Assembly: GCF_000150275.1 (NCBI RefSeq)
Contig: NW_002061228.1
Coordinates: forward strand, 1-7,565
Direction: 5' to 3'
DNA from: Trichoplax adhaerens
Lineage: Eukaryota > Animalia > Placozoa
Length of the DNA stretch: 7,565 bases
Numbering within the stretch: the stretch's first letter is position 1; every line of letters starts with the position of its first letter. The notes under the pieces are model-generated. The model worked only from the letters and a program-made list of their open reading frames with translations, did no database searches and had not been told where the DNA came from. This document shows, piece by piece, positions 1-7,565 of the stretch. A program made the position numbers and the translations under genes.

Positions 1-2
1 GA

Positions 3-3000
3 GTTAATAATATTTCCTTTATCGACGATATAAAGACTATCGCTGGAAAACATGACCGCGATGAAGATGGAAATGACATAACGGCTAGAAATAACCGATG
101 GTCAAATATTCCGCAATTAATAATCATACCAATAATCATTAAGAATCATTGGATCAGTTTCCGAATCCGAATCGACGATAATAATGGTGCCGACATTTTA
201 TACAGCGACCCATTTGGAAATACTGATTTAATCAAAAACCTGAAAAAGAATCGTCAAACACTGAATAAAATTACTGAGGCATTGAATTTACTTTGCGGTA
301 AAAATATTAAGCTTACGGAGAGTTCTAAATCATTTAATCAACAAGGTAATGATGGCTCGAATTGTGGACCTATTACTTTCGCGAATATTCATGATTACAT
401 GAAAATCGAAATTCCGAATTCAGATTTACAATCCGACGAGAAATATTCCATTCGTGAGTTTTGTAAAGCTGGAAGTTCATCTATTAAAAATAGAAGGGAG
501 AATGACATAAAAATTTATACAGAAACGATAAAGAAATATGGTAAGCTTGAAACAAAAAATGATATGCAGCCTTCCATTAAGAAAAGTAGCTCGTCAATCA
601 GTGAATACGAGAAGGAAGATAATACCCAATCAGTTATATCAGCTAAAGTTTACAGTCTAGAAAAGGTTCAAAAAATATTAGACGACCTGAACGCACAAAA
701 CTCATTCCCAACCAGTACGATGGCGAAACAAGATCTGAGAGACATACTAAACCATTTTATCACGTTGACCAAAAGTTCTCCGACTAAGAGCAAGAAGTCT
801 CAGCAGCCAACAAAAGCATTTAGCGATTCTGTTGAAACTATTAAGCGTCTAATTATCACAGAATCAGATTTCAACCCAACGAAAGGTTTAAAAGATACTT
901 TACACGGTTCTATGTATCAGATAGAATTGATTACATTGGTGGCTATTCGCACTAATAGAAGAGGAGATAATTTTGTGATAGCAAGCGAAGTTAAAGGATT
1001 TGATAAATTTGATGACTTAATTGTTATCTCTGAAAGCGATGCAATTTACATTCAAGTCAAGCATTCATCAACAAAAAAGGATTACGAGGAAGATAATTTT
1101 TTTTCTGATAAGCCAAAAAACACAAGAAGCAATCCTTATTTGTGGCTTTATTTCGATCACTGGCTGAAGATAAAAAATTCTGAATATTATCTTGAAAAAT
1201 TGCGTGATAAATCTCATCAATTTATATTTTTTTCGAACTGTGGGGCAAATATTCGCGATATTTTGATAGACAAGGACAACGCAAAACTATCTCTTAATCA
1301 TTTATTTGAAGATCTTGAAGGGCATAGCTTCAAATTTAATAAACTTTCAAAGAAATATAAACCAGTTAAGTGTATCTTCACTTACATACAGACTGTAGCT
1401 AACAAGCTACTAAAAGATTTAAATAATATCAAGAAAAAGAAAGAATTTGAAAAGTCTTTGGAACATGCGTACTGTACGTTCCTGAAAGTTAAAAATATCC
1501 TTATGGAAGCAAACAAGGACATTGATGAACAGAACAGTCGTCCTTATATCTTGATATCAGACATGGCTATAATCGCATCAGAACTTTCAAATGAACCTTT
1601 GCGAAGTAAGCTACGTGAAGAAATGACTGACGACGAGAAAAGTTATTATGATAAAAATAGCACTACAATAAAAACAATCATGAACAACATTATGTTAGAA
1701 CAAATCCATCAGTTTTTCGACGAATTCATAGTGAAGATTAGTCAATCCGATACCGCACAATTAAGAAATTTGATCTACGAAGAGATCAGATCTGAGACTG
1801 ACATAGCTAATCTAGAAGTCCATAGTATGGTACGAGGGAAAATGATTGACTGGCTAGCAGATAAAAGCTTGTGTGTGCTAATGCCAAATAAATTTAATGA
1901 ATTCGTGACCGCTCCCGAGAATAATGCACGTCGCTTTTTTTTACTAAAGTACACTCAATCATTTATTTCTGAATATGATGAACTGGTCCAAGGTCACAAA
2001 ATAAACACTTCAAAAATCGAAATCGAAATCGAAGCTTTAAAAGAATTCTTAATTAATACCAATCGTAACGATTTAGTCATGTTGCTTTATGGGGTGGGTG
2101 TTAAACTAAGAATATATTGGACTTTAAAGTCAATGGATAACTACTCTAAACTCGATGAATGGTCATTCTTGGAGATATCTTTTAAATCGATGATGCAAGG
2201 AATGCTTCCGAAAATTCTTCAAGGTGTCACTTTAAAATTTGTAATTATTGATTGTCGTTTACAAAACAAGTCACCATCTGAAGTGCTAGTATTACTAGAA
2301 AAGGTACTCCACGCAGCCTTTACTAATAACAAAAAAATTATTCTAATAATAAAAGCAGATGATCAAAAGGAATACCGCGACAAAATAAGTGACATGGATA
2401 GAAATTTAAAAGCAGATAGTGATTCAAAACCTCTTAACATAGTCAATGAAGAGTTAAAAGAATTATCATCTAACAAGTTGAAATTGCTATATGAAAATCA
2501 TAGTGAAAAGTATATGTATTTGGCCGGTAAAAATTATCTTCTGTTCAAAATTCTTCAAGATGAATCTAGCAATTTATATGAATTTATTGCAGACGTAGAT
2601 AATATTACTGCAGTAATGAAGGAACTAAATGAACAAAAATTTGAACATCCTCTTGCTAGTTGTCTACCTTACAAGGTCTATCTGAAAAATCAGATCATAA
2701 AGATGATACCAATCTACGCATTGCGAAATGTATTAGAAACGAAAGACTTATCACTCCTTATATTTGAATGTAAAGTGGATTTTGAGCGCTTGAAAAAATT
2801 ACTCAATGGATGGTTTAACTTCGAAGAAAGAAAGCAGTTTACGAGTAAAATAAGAGAAGCTCGTCAGAATTCCGATATCATTTACATTTTGTCAAGGCAA
2901 ACATGCGACATTGATTCAACACTACTATATACCCCTAAAAAGAAAAGGGTCATGATTTATGTGGGTGATTTTAATTCCTTAACCGGAGAACATAAGGACC

Positions 3001-6000
3001 TGAACCACATCGTCGTTAAACTGAAAAATCCAAATAAATTGAATAAACATCACAAATGGTCTATCAATAAGGAAGATAATACCGATACTATTAAACTAGA
3101 CATAATTGGACGTATCCCAGTTTTTATTACAGATTACTCAAAAGAATTGCAATTGCCACCTGCAAGTGAATATATCAATCAGTGCGAGGAAGAGTACTCC
3201 CTTCCAACAATATTACCTAAAAATAATAATTTCGTAATTTTATCTGCGGATGCTGGTTTTGGCAAAACTGCCTTATTAATTAATAGAATAAATGAATGGG
3301 CTGGCGATGAAAATTTAGAGTCAATTTTATCATGGAAATTATACGTGCATTTACCCAGCCAAAGATTTGATGATTTTCAAGATCTCCAGACATTCGTTAA
3401 AAAATTAGTCAGGGATTTTACCCTAAAAGATTGGCAATTGAAGGCTCTATTAAATGACATGGAAAAAGAAGATCGCGTTGAATTATTGTTTGACGGATTA
3501 GATGAAATCAAAGACGAAAATAAAATTATCACTTTCAATAAATTGCTTACCGAAATTTCAGATACGACGGCAATTGTAATTACTACTAGACCATACGCTG
3601 CTTATAAAGTGGATAAGCCAATAAAGCGAAACCTTGGGCTCTACTTAACCCTTGCGAGGTACACAGATGAACAACGCGATAAATATATTAAAATGATGAT
3701 TCCTAAAATTCTAAACGAAGGTGCTATGCATTCATTTATGCGTGATACGCGTATGACTGAAAAAAAAATAGCCAAAATAGCTAACAATTTATGTGAACAT
3801 ATTGATCAGGAGATCAGCAAAAAGGTACAGCATCTAATAGGTATACCTCTAGAATGTTATATATTTTGTGAAACGAAAGCCTCAAAGATTATAATTTACG
3901 GCACTGATTGCATAGACAACGGTGACGAAGCTCAGGAAGAAAAATCTTTAAAAAGTACATCAGGTCTCTATCGAGAATTTTTGTTCACGAAATTAAAAGT
4001 GTTTACTGAACGCTATCTAAATATATCATTAAACAACGATTTGAAAGATAGAAGCAGAATTTATAATGTCTCATCTAACTATATCATAATTTTAGCCGTT
4101 TTGGCGTTTAAGCAAGCCTTTCAGTTATCCTCGAACTTTGTACATTCAGCTCTTGCTCGAAGTTATTTCACTAAGGAAATGCTGAACAAACTAAAACATA
4201 CCGGACTTGTCACTGTAAGCAAACATGCAGACGAAGGCTTTGCAGGTGGGGGCCGTTGCCTGAGTCTCAATTTTAATCACGCAACATATCAAGAATATTT
4301 AGCCGCTTTATATCTACTATATGGGCTAATTTTAGATGATGAACTCAGGAGTATTGTGCAATGCCAAATCAAGAATAATCGGTATGATCCTAGCTACGCC
4401 CTGATATTATCATTAGCAGCTCAATTAAGCATAGATGAAATTGAAGTTATCCCAGGTTTTGCTGCTGACAAGCATGCAATTTTATTTTGGAAAGCGTTAT
4501 GTGATGAAGCAGACATCTTAGGAGCAGCAGAAAGTAAATTGCTGCAAAAGTGCTTATATGAATTTTCGGACAAAATGGTTACAACTTTAATAAAGATTGT
4601 AAATAGTACAAGTTGCTATAAAAAGATAAAGAAAGAACTCGGCAAACGTTCGAAAAAATACTTACGAGAATTGGAGGAATTTATTATAACAGATCAAAGT
4701 AACATCCCTCAACCGATGATCTTTGATGATTCTAAATCTGAAACTGAAAGCTTATCGACAGTCGAAGATAGTGATATAAAAAAATTAAAAAATAAAAATG
4801 TAGTAATTGAATTTACAAATGACTTACAGCAATCCAAGGGATCTGATTATGTTGCAAGAGCATTTGAAATAATTATCAAAGAAAAAATTAAGTCAGACCA
4901 TGATAAAGTAAAATCTGAGGACTATTGGGGAATGGATGGAGGTTTTGAAGCAATGGCATTACTCGGCGACAGTTTTAATAATTGCCATGCTCAGTATTTC
5001 ATAAAAAGAGTCGATAACTACCCGGAGCATCGCTGGAGCAAAGCTTGTAACGCTATCGAATCATTACTAAAATACTGCACAAAACCAAACGTAAAAGCTG
5101 AATGCGTCAACTTGATAGAATGTTTAGCAAAGCATGCGTTAGAGTATGATAGTCCTGAGCGTTTAATCCCTCTAATAAAAGCTGTACGTTCAGAAATTTT
5201 TTTATCTTTTTCTCAATTAGAAGATCAAATTCGGGAACTGCCTGAATATTCTATACCTAATGAAATCCATGGTAGGCCCTATCAACAATTTATACTAAAA
5301 TTTACTTTTGCATTGTGGATATCGATAAAGATGACCTACGCGGTAATAAAGTCAAAAGATACTCACGAAATTATCATTAAGGAAGAAAAAGTCAAAAAAA
5401 TAAAAATAGATCGGGATAAAGTGCATGTATGGAATCTTATAGAAAATGTCATTGATGAGTTAGCAAATCAACCCAACGAAGACAGTAAAGCAAGGCTGTT
5501 GATTAATACCAAAAGATGGAAATGTTTGATTTATGAAGGCCTCGTTGAAATGGCGATAAAGAATAAAGACTATTCCGCACTACATGATGAGACGTTCATT
5601 GACATTGTGGTAAAAGACTATCATATAGTAGCTAATATTTTGAAAATTTATCATGAGCACAAGTTGATTGATGGTGAAGTAGCTGCAAGATTATCAACAT
5701 TTATCGTCATTATAAATGATATTAAAAGTATACAATGGCCAATTAAAGGCGGCATTGAAGCAATCGCTTACGTTGGAAAACATTTCAGTCCAGCGTTTGC
5801 AAATTTCTTAACATGTAGAGCAAAAAGTTATCCAAATAATAAACGTAAAGCAGCTGCTTCTCTCAGAAATCTTAAACAAATATTACAAAATTGTAATGAC
5901 GACGAGACCTACAGAGATGCAGTAAATGCTTATAATTGGTGCCGACAGCAGAATATCTTTAAAGATCATAATTTAGAACCGATACAGTCTGAGAGTTTAA

Positions 6001-6005
6001 ATTAG
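3..6005 (+). CDS. 5'-partial giant (>=2000 aa) NACHT/STAND NTPase with N-terminal Ulp1/CE-clan protease and PD-(D/E)xK nuclease domains (NLR-like multi-effector protein)
   Basis: The frame of the supplied ORF has no stop from position 3 (VNNISFIDDIKTIAGKHDRD...IIIPIIIKNHWISFRIRID...ILYSDPFG...TEALNLLCGK) to TAG at 6003-6005. There is no in-frame ATG before 282, so the start is outside the window. Domain motifs are listed separately. Confidence 0.93.
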   Translation, partial: VNNISFIDDIKTIAGKHDRDEDGNDITARNNRWSNIPQLIIIPIIIKNHWISFRIRIDDNNGADILYSDPFGNTDLIKNLKKNRQTLNKITEALNLLCGKNIKLTESSKSFNQQGNDGSNCGPITFANIHDYMKIEIPNSDLQSDEKYSIREFCKAGSSSIKNRRENDIKIYTETIKKYGKLETKNDMQPSIKKSSSSISEYEKEDNTQSVISAKVYSLEKVQKILDDLNAQNSFPTSTMAKQDLRDILNHFITLTKSSPTKSKKSQQPTKAFSDSVETIKRLIITESDFNPTKGLKDTLHGSMYQIELITLVAIRTNRRGDNFVIASEVKGFDKFDDLIVISESDAIYIQVKHSSTKKDYEEDNFFSDKPKNTRSNPYLWLYFDHWLKIKNSEYYLEKLRDKSHQFIFFSNCGANIRDILIDKDNAKLSLNHLFEDLEGHSFKFNKLSKKYKPVKCIFTYIQTVANKLLKDLNNIKKKKEFEKSLEHAYCTFLKVKNILMEANKDIDEQNSRPYILISDMAIIASELSNEPLRSKLREEMTDDEKSYYDKNSTTIKTIMNNIMLEQIHQFFDEFIVKISQSDTAQLRNLIYEEIRSETDIANLEVHSMVRGKMIDWLADKSLCVLMPNKFNEFVTAPENNARRFFLLKYTQSFISEYDELVQGHKINTSKIEIEIEALKEFLINTNRNDLVMLLYGVGVKLRIYWTLKSMDNYSKLDEWSFLEISFKSMMQGMLPKILQGVTLKFVIIDCRLQNKSPSEVLVLLEKVLHAAFTNNKKIILIIKADDQKEYRDKISDMDRNLKADSDSKPLNIVNEELKELSSNKLKLLYENHSEKYMYLAGKNYLLFKILQDESSNLYEFIADVDNITAVMKELNEQKFEHPLASCLPYKVYLKNQIIKMIPIYALRNVLETKDLSLLIFECKVDFERLKKLLNGWFNFEERKQFTSKIREARQNSDIIYILSRQTCDIDSTLLYTPKKKRVMIYVGDFNSLTGEHKDLNHIVVKLKNPNKLNKHHKWSINKEDNTDTIKLDIIGRIPVFITDYSKELQLPPASEYINQCEEEYSLPTILPKNNNFVILSADAGFGKTALLINRINEWAGDENLESILSWKLYVHLPSQRFDDFQDLQTFVKKLVRDFTLKDWQLKALLNDMEKEDRVELLFDGLDEIKDENKIITFNKLLTEISDTTAIVITTRPYAAYKVDKPIKRNLGLYLTLARYTDEQRDKYIKMMIPKILNEGAMHSFMRDTRMTEKKIAKIANNLCEHIDQEISKKVQHLIGIPLECYIFCETKASKIIIYGTDCIDNGDEAQEEKSLKSTSGLYREFLFTKLKVFTERYLNISLNNDLKDRSRIYNVSSNYIIILAVLAFKQAFQLSSNFVHSALARSYFTKEMLNKLKHTGLVTVSKHADEGFAGGGRCLSLNFNHATYQEYLAALYLLYGLILDDELRSIVQCQIKNNRYDPSYALILSLAAQLSIDEIEVIPGFAADKHAILFWKALCDEADILGAAESKLLQKCLYEFSDKMVTTLIKIVNSTSCYKKIKKELGKRSKKYLRELEEFIITDQSNIPQPMIFDDSKSETESLSTVEDSDIKKLKNKNVVIEFTNDLQQSKGSDYVARAFEIIIKEKIKSDHDKVKSEDYWGMDGGFEAMALLGDSFNNCHAQYFIKRVDNYPEHRWSKACNAIESLLKYCTKPNVKAECVNLIECLAKHALEYDSPERLIPLIKAVRSEIFLSFSQLEDQIRELPEYSIPNEIHGRPYQQFILKFTFALWISIKMTYAVIKSKDTHEIIIKEEKVKKIKIDRDKVHVWNLIENVIDELANQPNEDSKARLLINTKRWKCLIYEGLVEMAIKNKDYSALHDETFIDIVVKDYHIVANILKIYHEHKLIDGEVAARLSTFIVIINDIKSIQWPIKGGIEAIAYVGKHFSPAFANFLTCRAKSYPNNKRKAAASLRNLKQILQNCNDDETYRDAVNAYNWCRQQNIFKDHNLEPIQSESLN
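117..401 (+). other. CE-clan (Ulp1/SENP, peptidase C48-like) cysteine protease catalytic core; putative deubiquitylase/deSUMOylase
   Basis: Ordered signature: hydrophobic strand LIIIPIII, N-H-W (His 147-149), strand ILYSD-P (Asp 207-209), oxyanion QQ (339-344) and N-C-G (Cys 363-365), followed by helix PITFANI. This matches the established HW...D...Q...CG order of CE-clan proteases. Confidence 0.85.
885..1241 (+). other. PD-(D/E)xK restriction-endonuclease-fold nuclease, D-QxK type (Cap4/DUF4297/Mrr-like)
   Basis: GSMYQ helix (906-920), E (987), FDDLIV (catalytic Asp about 1014), YIQVKH (Gln 1053, Lys 1059) and a later strand FIFFSN. This is the G-x-x-YQ...E...DD...QxK...hhhSN pattern of Cap4-like effector nucleases. 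Confidence 0.82.
2016..2033 (+). repeat. In-frame hexamer tandem repeat (ATCGAA)x3 encoding IEIEIE
   Basis: Three perfect copies read directly from the sequence. Confidence 0.9.
2028..2492 (+). other. Probable degenerate (catalytically inactive) STAND-like P-loop domain
   Basis: Helix IEALKEFL, strand and eroded Walker A VMLLYGVGVKL (2076-2108), Walker-B-like FVIIDC (2238-2255), sensor-like strand KKIILII (2331-2351), then ELKELSSNKLKLLY. The order matches STAND NTPases, but GxxGxGKT is absent. Confidence 0.5.
3231..4322 (+). other. NACHT-type STAND NTPase module (NBD, helical domain, winged helix)
   Basis: Walker A ADAGFGKT (3246-3269), Walker B LLFDGLDE (3483-3506), sensor-1 ITTRP (3579-3593), GxP motif GIPL (3840-3851) and winged-helix motif FNHATYQEYLAA (4272-4307). 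Confidence 0.93.
4926..5066 (+). repeat. C-terminal protein repeat, copy 1 (WGMDGGFEAMALLGDSF...RVDNYP...KA)
   Basis: Aligns without gaps to copy 2 over 33 aa (W to YP) with 12 identities. Confidence 0.8.
5736..5873 (+). repeat. C-terminal protein repeat, copy 2 (WPIKGGIEAIAYVGKHF...RAKSYP...KA)
   Basis: Starts 810 nt (270 aa) after copy 1. Shared consensus: WxxxGGhEAhAxxGxxFxxxxAxxxxxRxxxYP. Confidence 0.8.
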
Positions 6006-7565
6006 TCCGATTAACACGATTAAATGTTGAAGAACTGAATGAGATGCTATTAAATCTGATATTTACTATTTTACGAAGCGAATATCGATATAGAAGCTAG
6101 AGTGTTTTTTCAAAATTATCTACTCGGTAAATTTTATGATATCAAAGTAAACTTCCTAAGTACTCCGGGTATGTAGACTACTAAACCTTAAGGATAGAAA
6201 TAATATCCATTGATGTTACTATATGCAGCATTACCGTTTCTAAATGCGACTGAATTGCTAATTCTTTTGCATTTTTACCCACTATATTGCTTATTTGCAC
6301 ATCTTATCTGTAATTTTACTAACTGATACACCTTGAACGACAGTAAAACTAATCATGTAGCGGCTGTTTCTATTATCATACTGTCCATTTATATTTTCCA
6401 ATTTTTATGCATTTCTGCTGGCATGTATTAATTAATTAGGAAATGTACAAGCTTAGCAAAAGCGTAATATCTTATTGCAATGAAGATCAATCTTTTAAAC
6501 CTTTCCGTGAGATTTTTTATTGTTTTATGCATCGTAGATTCAAAAGTAGCTAATTTTAATCTGATGACTGTAAATTCCATTTAATATCTTAATATATTTT
6601 TAACTCGATTACTTTATACGGATTATGATGCAGCAATATTTTATAGAGTAGTTTTTGTCAAACATTATGCATTATAAAGATTGTAATTTAACCGATATAC
6701 TCGTACTAAGTATAATATTTGCGCTTTAATAATGATGAATTTGTAGCTGATTTCTTTCATAATAAGCAGTAGGAATTATATTGCTTCGCCTTAAGGTATA
6801 GTGTAAACCCAAACATTTGATTTGAATTCTAATTAAAGGATAATGGTCAGTCTTAATGTTTTTTTAATTATGTGCTATCGCATACGGTAAACAGACGTAA
6901 TTTTTAGTTTTAATTATCATTACTATTAATTTTATAAAGATAGAAATCGAAGCTAGATTTATCGTAACGTATGTAATTTATAGCTAGTCTAATTTAGAAT
7001 ACTGTAGGAGATCGGTTGATACTCTAACGATCTGCTTGGTGCAACCTACAAAGGTGTTGTAGTTTAGTTTTTGAATAATTCTGTTAGTAAGTTAGCAAGA
7101 CCAGAGGTACATGAAGGAAATCATGAGTAATCCTCATTTTTTATTTTTCATTATTTGATAGGTTAAGGCAGTATTTCGGCCCTTCCTTGCTTTTTTTAAG
7201 TGCTTCTTGCAATTTTTCTGTTAAAGCTATAATAAACTGCTGCTTTCTCCTAAACTTAGCTTTAATTATAATTTGAAGTGGTCTTTAATTTAATAATTAC
7301 TTGCTCATTTTTACTTTACATTAGTATTCTGTAATAAGTTACTCATACATATACAGTGACATAAAATGTGATATAATATACGAGCGTATGTATCTATAGT
7401 GCAACGTTTTCAAAAAATATTGTACTATAGCAAATTAAATGTTAATCGCTATTATCACATTGCTACAACTTTAATTATAGAAGTACCAGGATCAGCTGAT
7501 ACTGTAACTGAGAGTTTCTAAGAAAAAGGTGTAAATTTAACCAGTTGTTATCTACTTCAAAGATA
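6006..7565. other. Long AT-rich region without a substantial ORF (intergenic, UTR or decayed DNA)
   Basis: No ORF in the supplied track. The region is visibly more A/T-rich than the CDS, and no tRNA, rRNA, CRISPR or IS features were recognised. Confidence 0.7.
7394..7430. repeat. Inverted repeat / potential hairpin
   Basis: CTATAGTGCAA (7394-7404) pairs with TTGTACTATAG (7420-7430): 10 of 11 Watson-Crick pairs plus one G-T. An inner GTTTT/AAAAT pairing closes a CAA loop. Confidence 0.6.

Noticed and set aside
282-284. TTG as the start codon
   Set aside because: The frame is open upstream to the window edge and contains the protease His and Asp, so this TTG is most likely an internal Leu.
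2016-2033. (ATCGAA)x3 as a phase-variation or CRISPR-like element
   Set aside because: It has only three in-frame copies and no spacers, which fits simple slippage.
4236-4256. GC-rich GFAGGGR loop (di-Gly) as a self-cleavage site for the Ulp1-like domain
   Set aside because: CE-clan proteases recognise a ubiquitin-like fold ahead of the GG, and none is evident. It is more simply a winged-helix loop.
3-6005. Naming the gene cifB/cidB/cndB or avs
   Set aside because: The domain order and the NACHT module differ from canonical CifB, and no CifA is visible. Avs proteins are not known to me to carry Ulp1 domains and typically end in TPRs. The similarity is by analogy only.
6082-6091. 10-bp palindromes ATATCGATAT (6082-6091) and ATCAGCTGAT (7491-7500), and AATAAA at 7231-7236
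   Set aside because: These are expected by chance in AT-rich DNA and have no supporting context.
7141-7284. Minus-strand 47-codon open stretch (RPLQIIIKAKFRRKQQFIIALTEKLQEALKKSKEGPKYCLNLSNNEK*), possibly a terminal exon or gene remnant
   Set aside because: It has no ATG and no recognisable motif, and a stretch of this length is expected by chance. It would need RNA-seq or homology support.
7455-7517. Minus-strand peptide KLSVTVSADPGTSIIKVVAM after an acceptor-like site, faintly cadherin-like
   Set aside because: It is only 20 aa, ends in a stop, and lacks the conserved cadherin acidic residues.

Overview
The window holds one giant, uninterrupted + strand reading frame followed by about 1.56 kb of AT-richer DNA with no called ORF. 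The supplied call (282..6005, TTG start) is 5'-truncated: the same frame is stop-free from position 3, so at least 2000 aa are encoded and the real start lies upstream of the window. The extra 93 codons complete a CE-clan (Ulp1/SENP-like, peptidase C48) cysteine protease with an intact His-Asp-Gln-Cys set. The visible architecture is Ulp1-like DUB/deSUMOylase, S/K-rich linker, Cap4/Mrr-like PD-(D/E)xK (D-QxK) nuclease, probable degenerate STAND-like P-loop domain, intact NACHT-type STAND NTPase with winged helix, and a helical C-terminus carrying a two-copy ~47-aa repeat. This looks like an NLR-like protein with two effectors, pairing the enzyme classes of the Wolbachia/Rickettsia Cif toxins with a NACHT switch. 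The host cannot be determined: it could be an intracellular bacterium or its prophage, or an AT-rich eukaryotic genome. All domain calls come from motifs read by eye, not from database searches.
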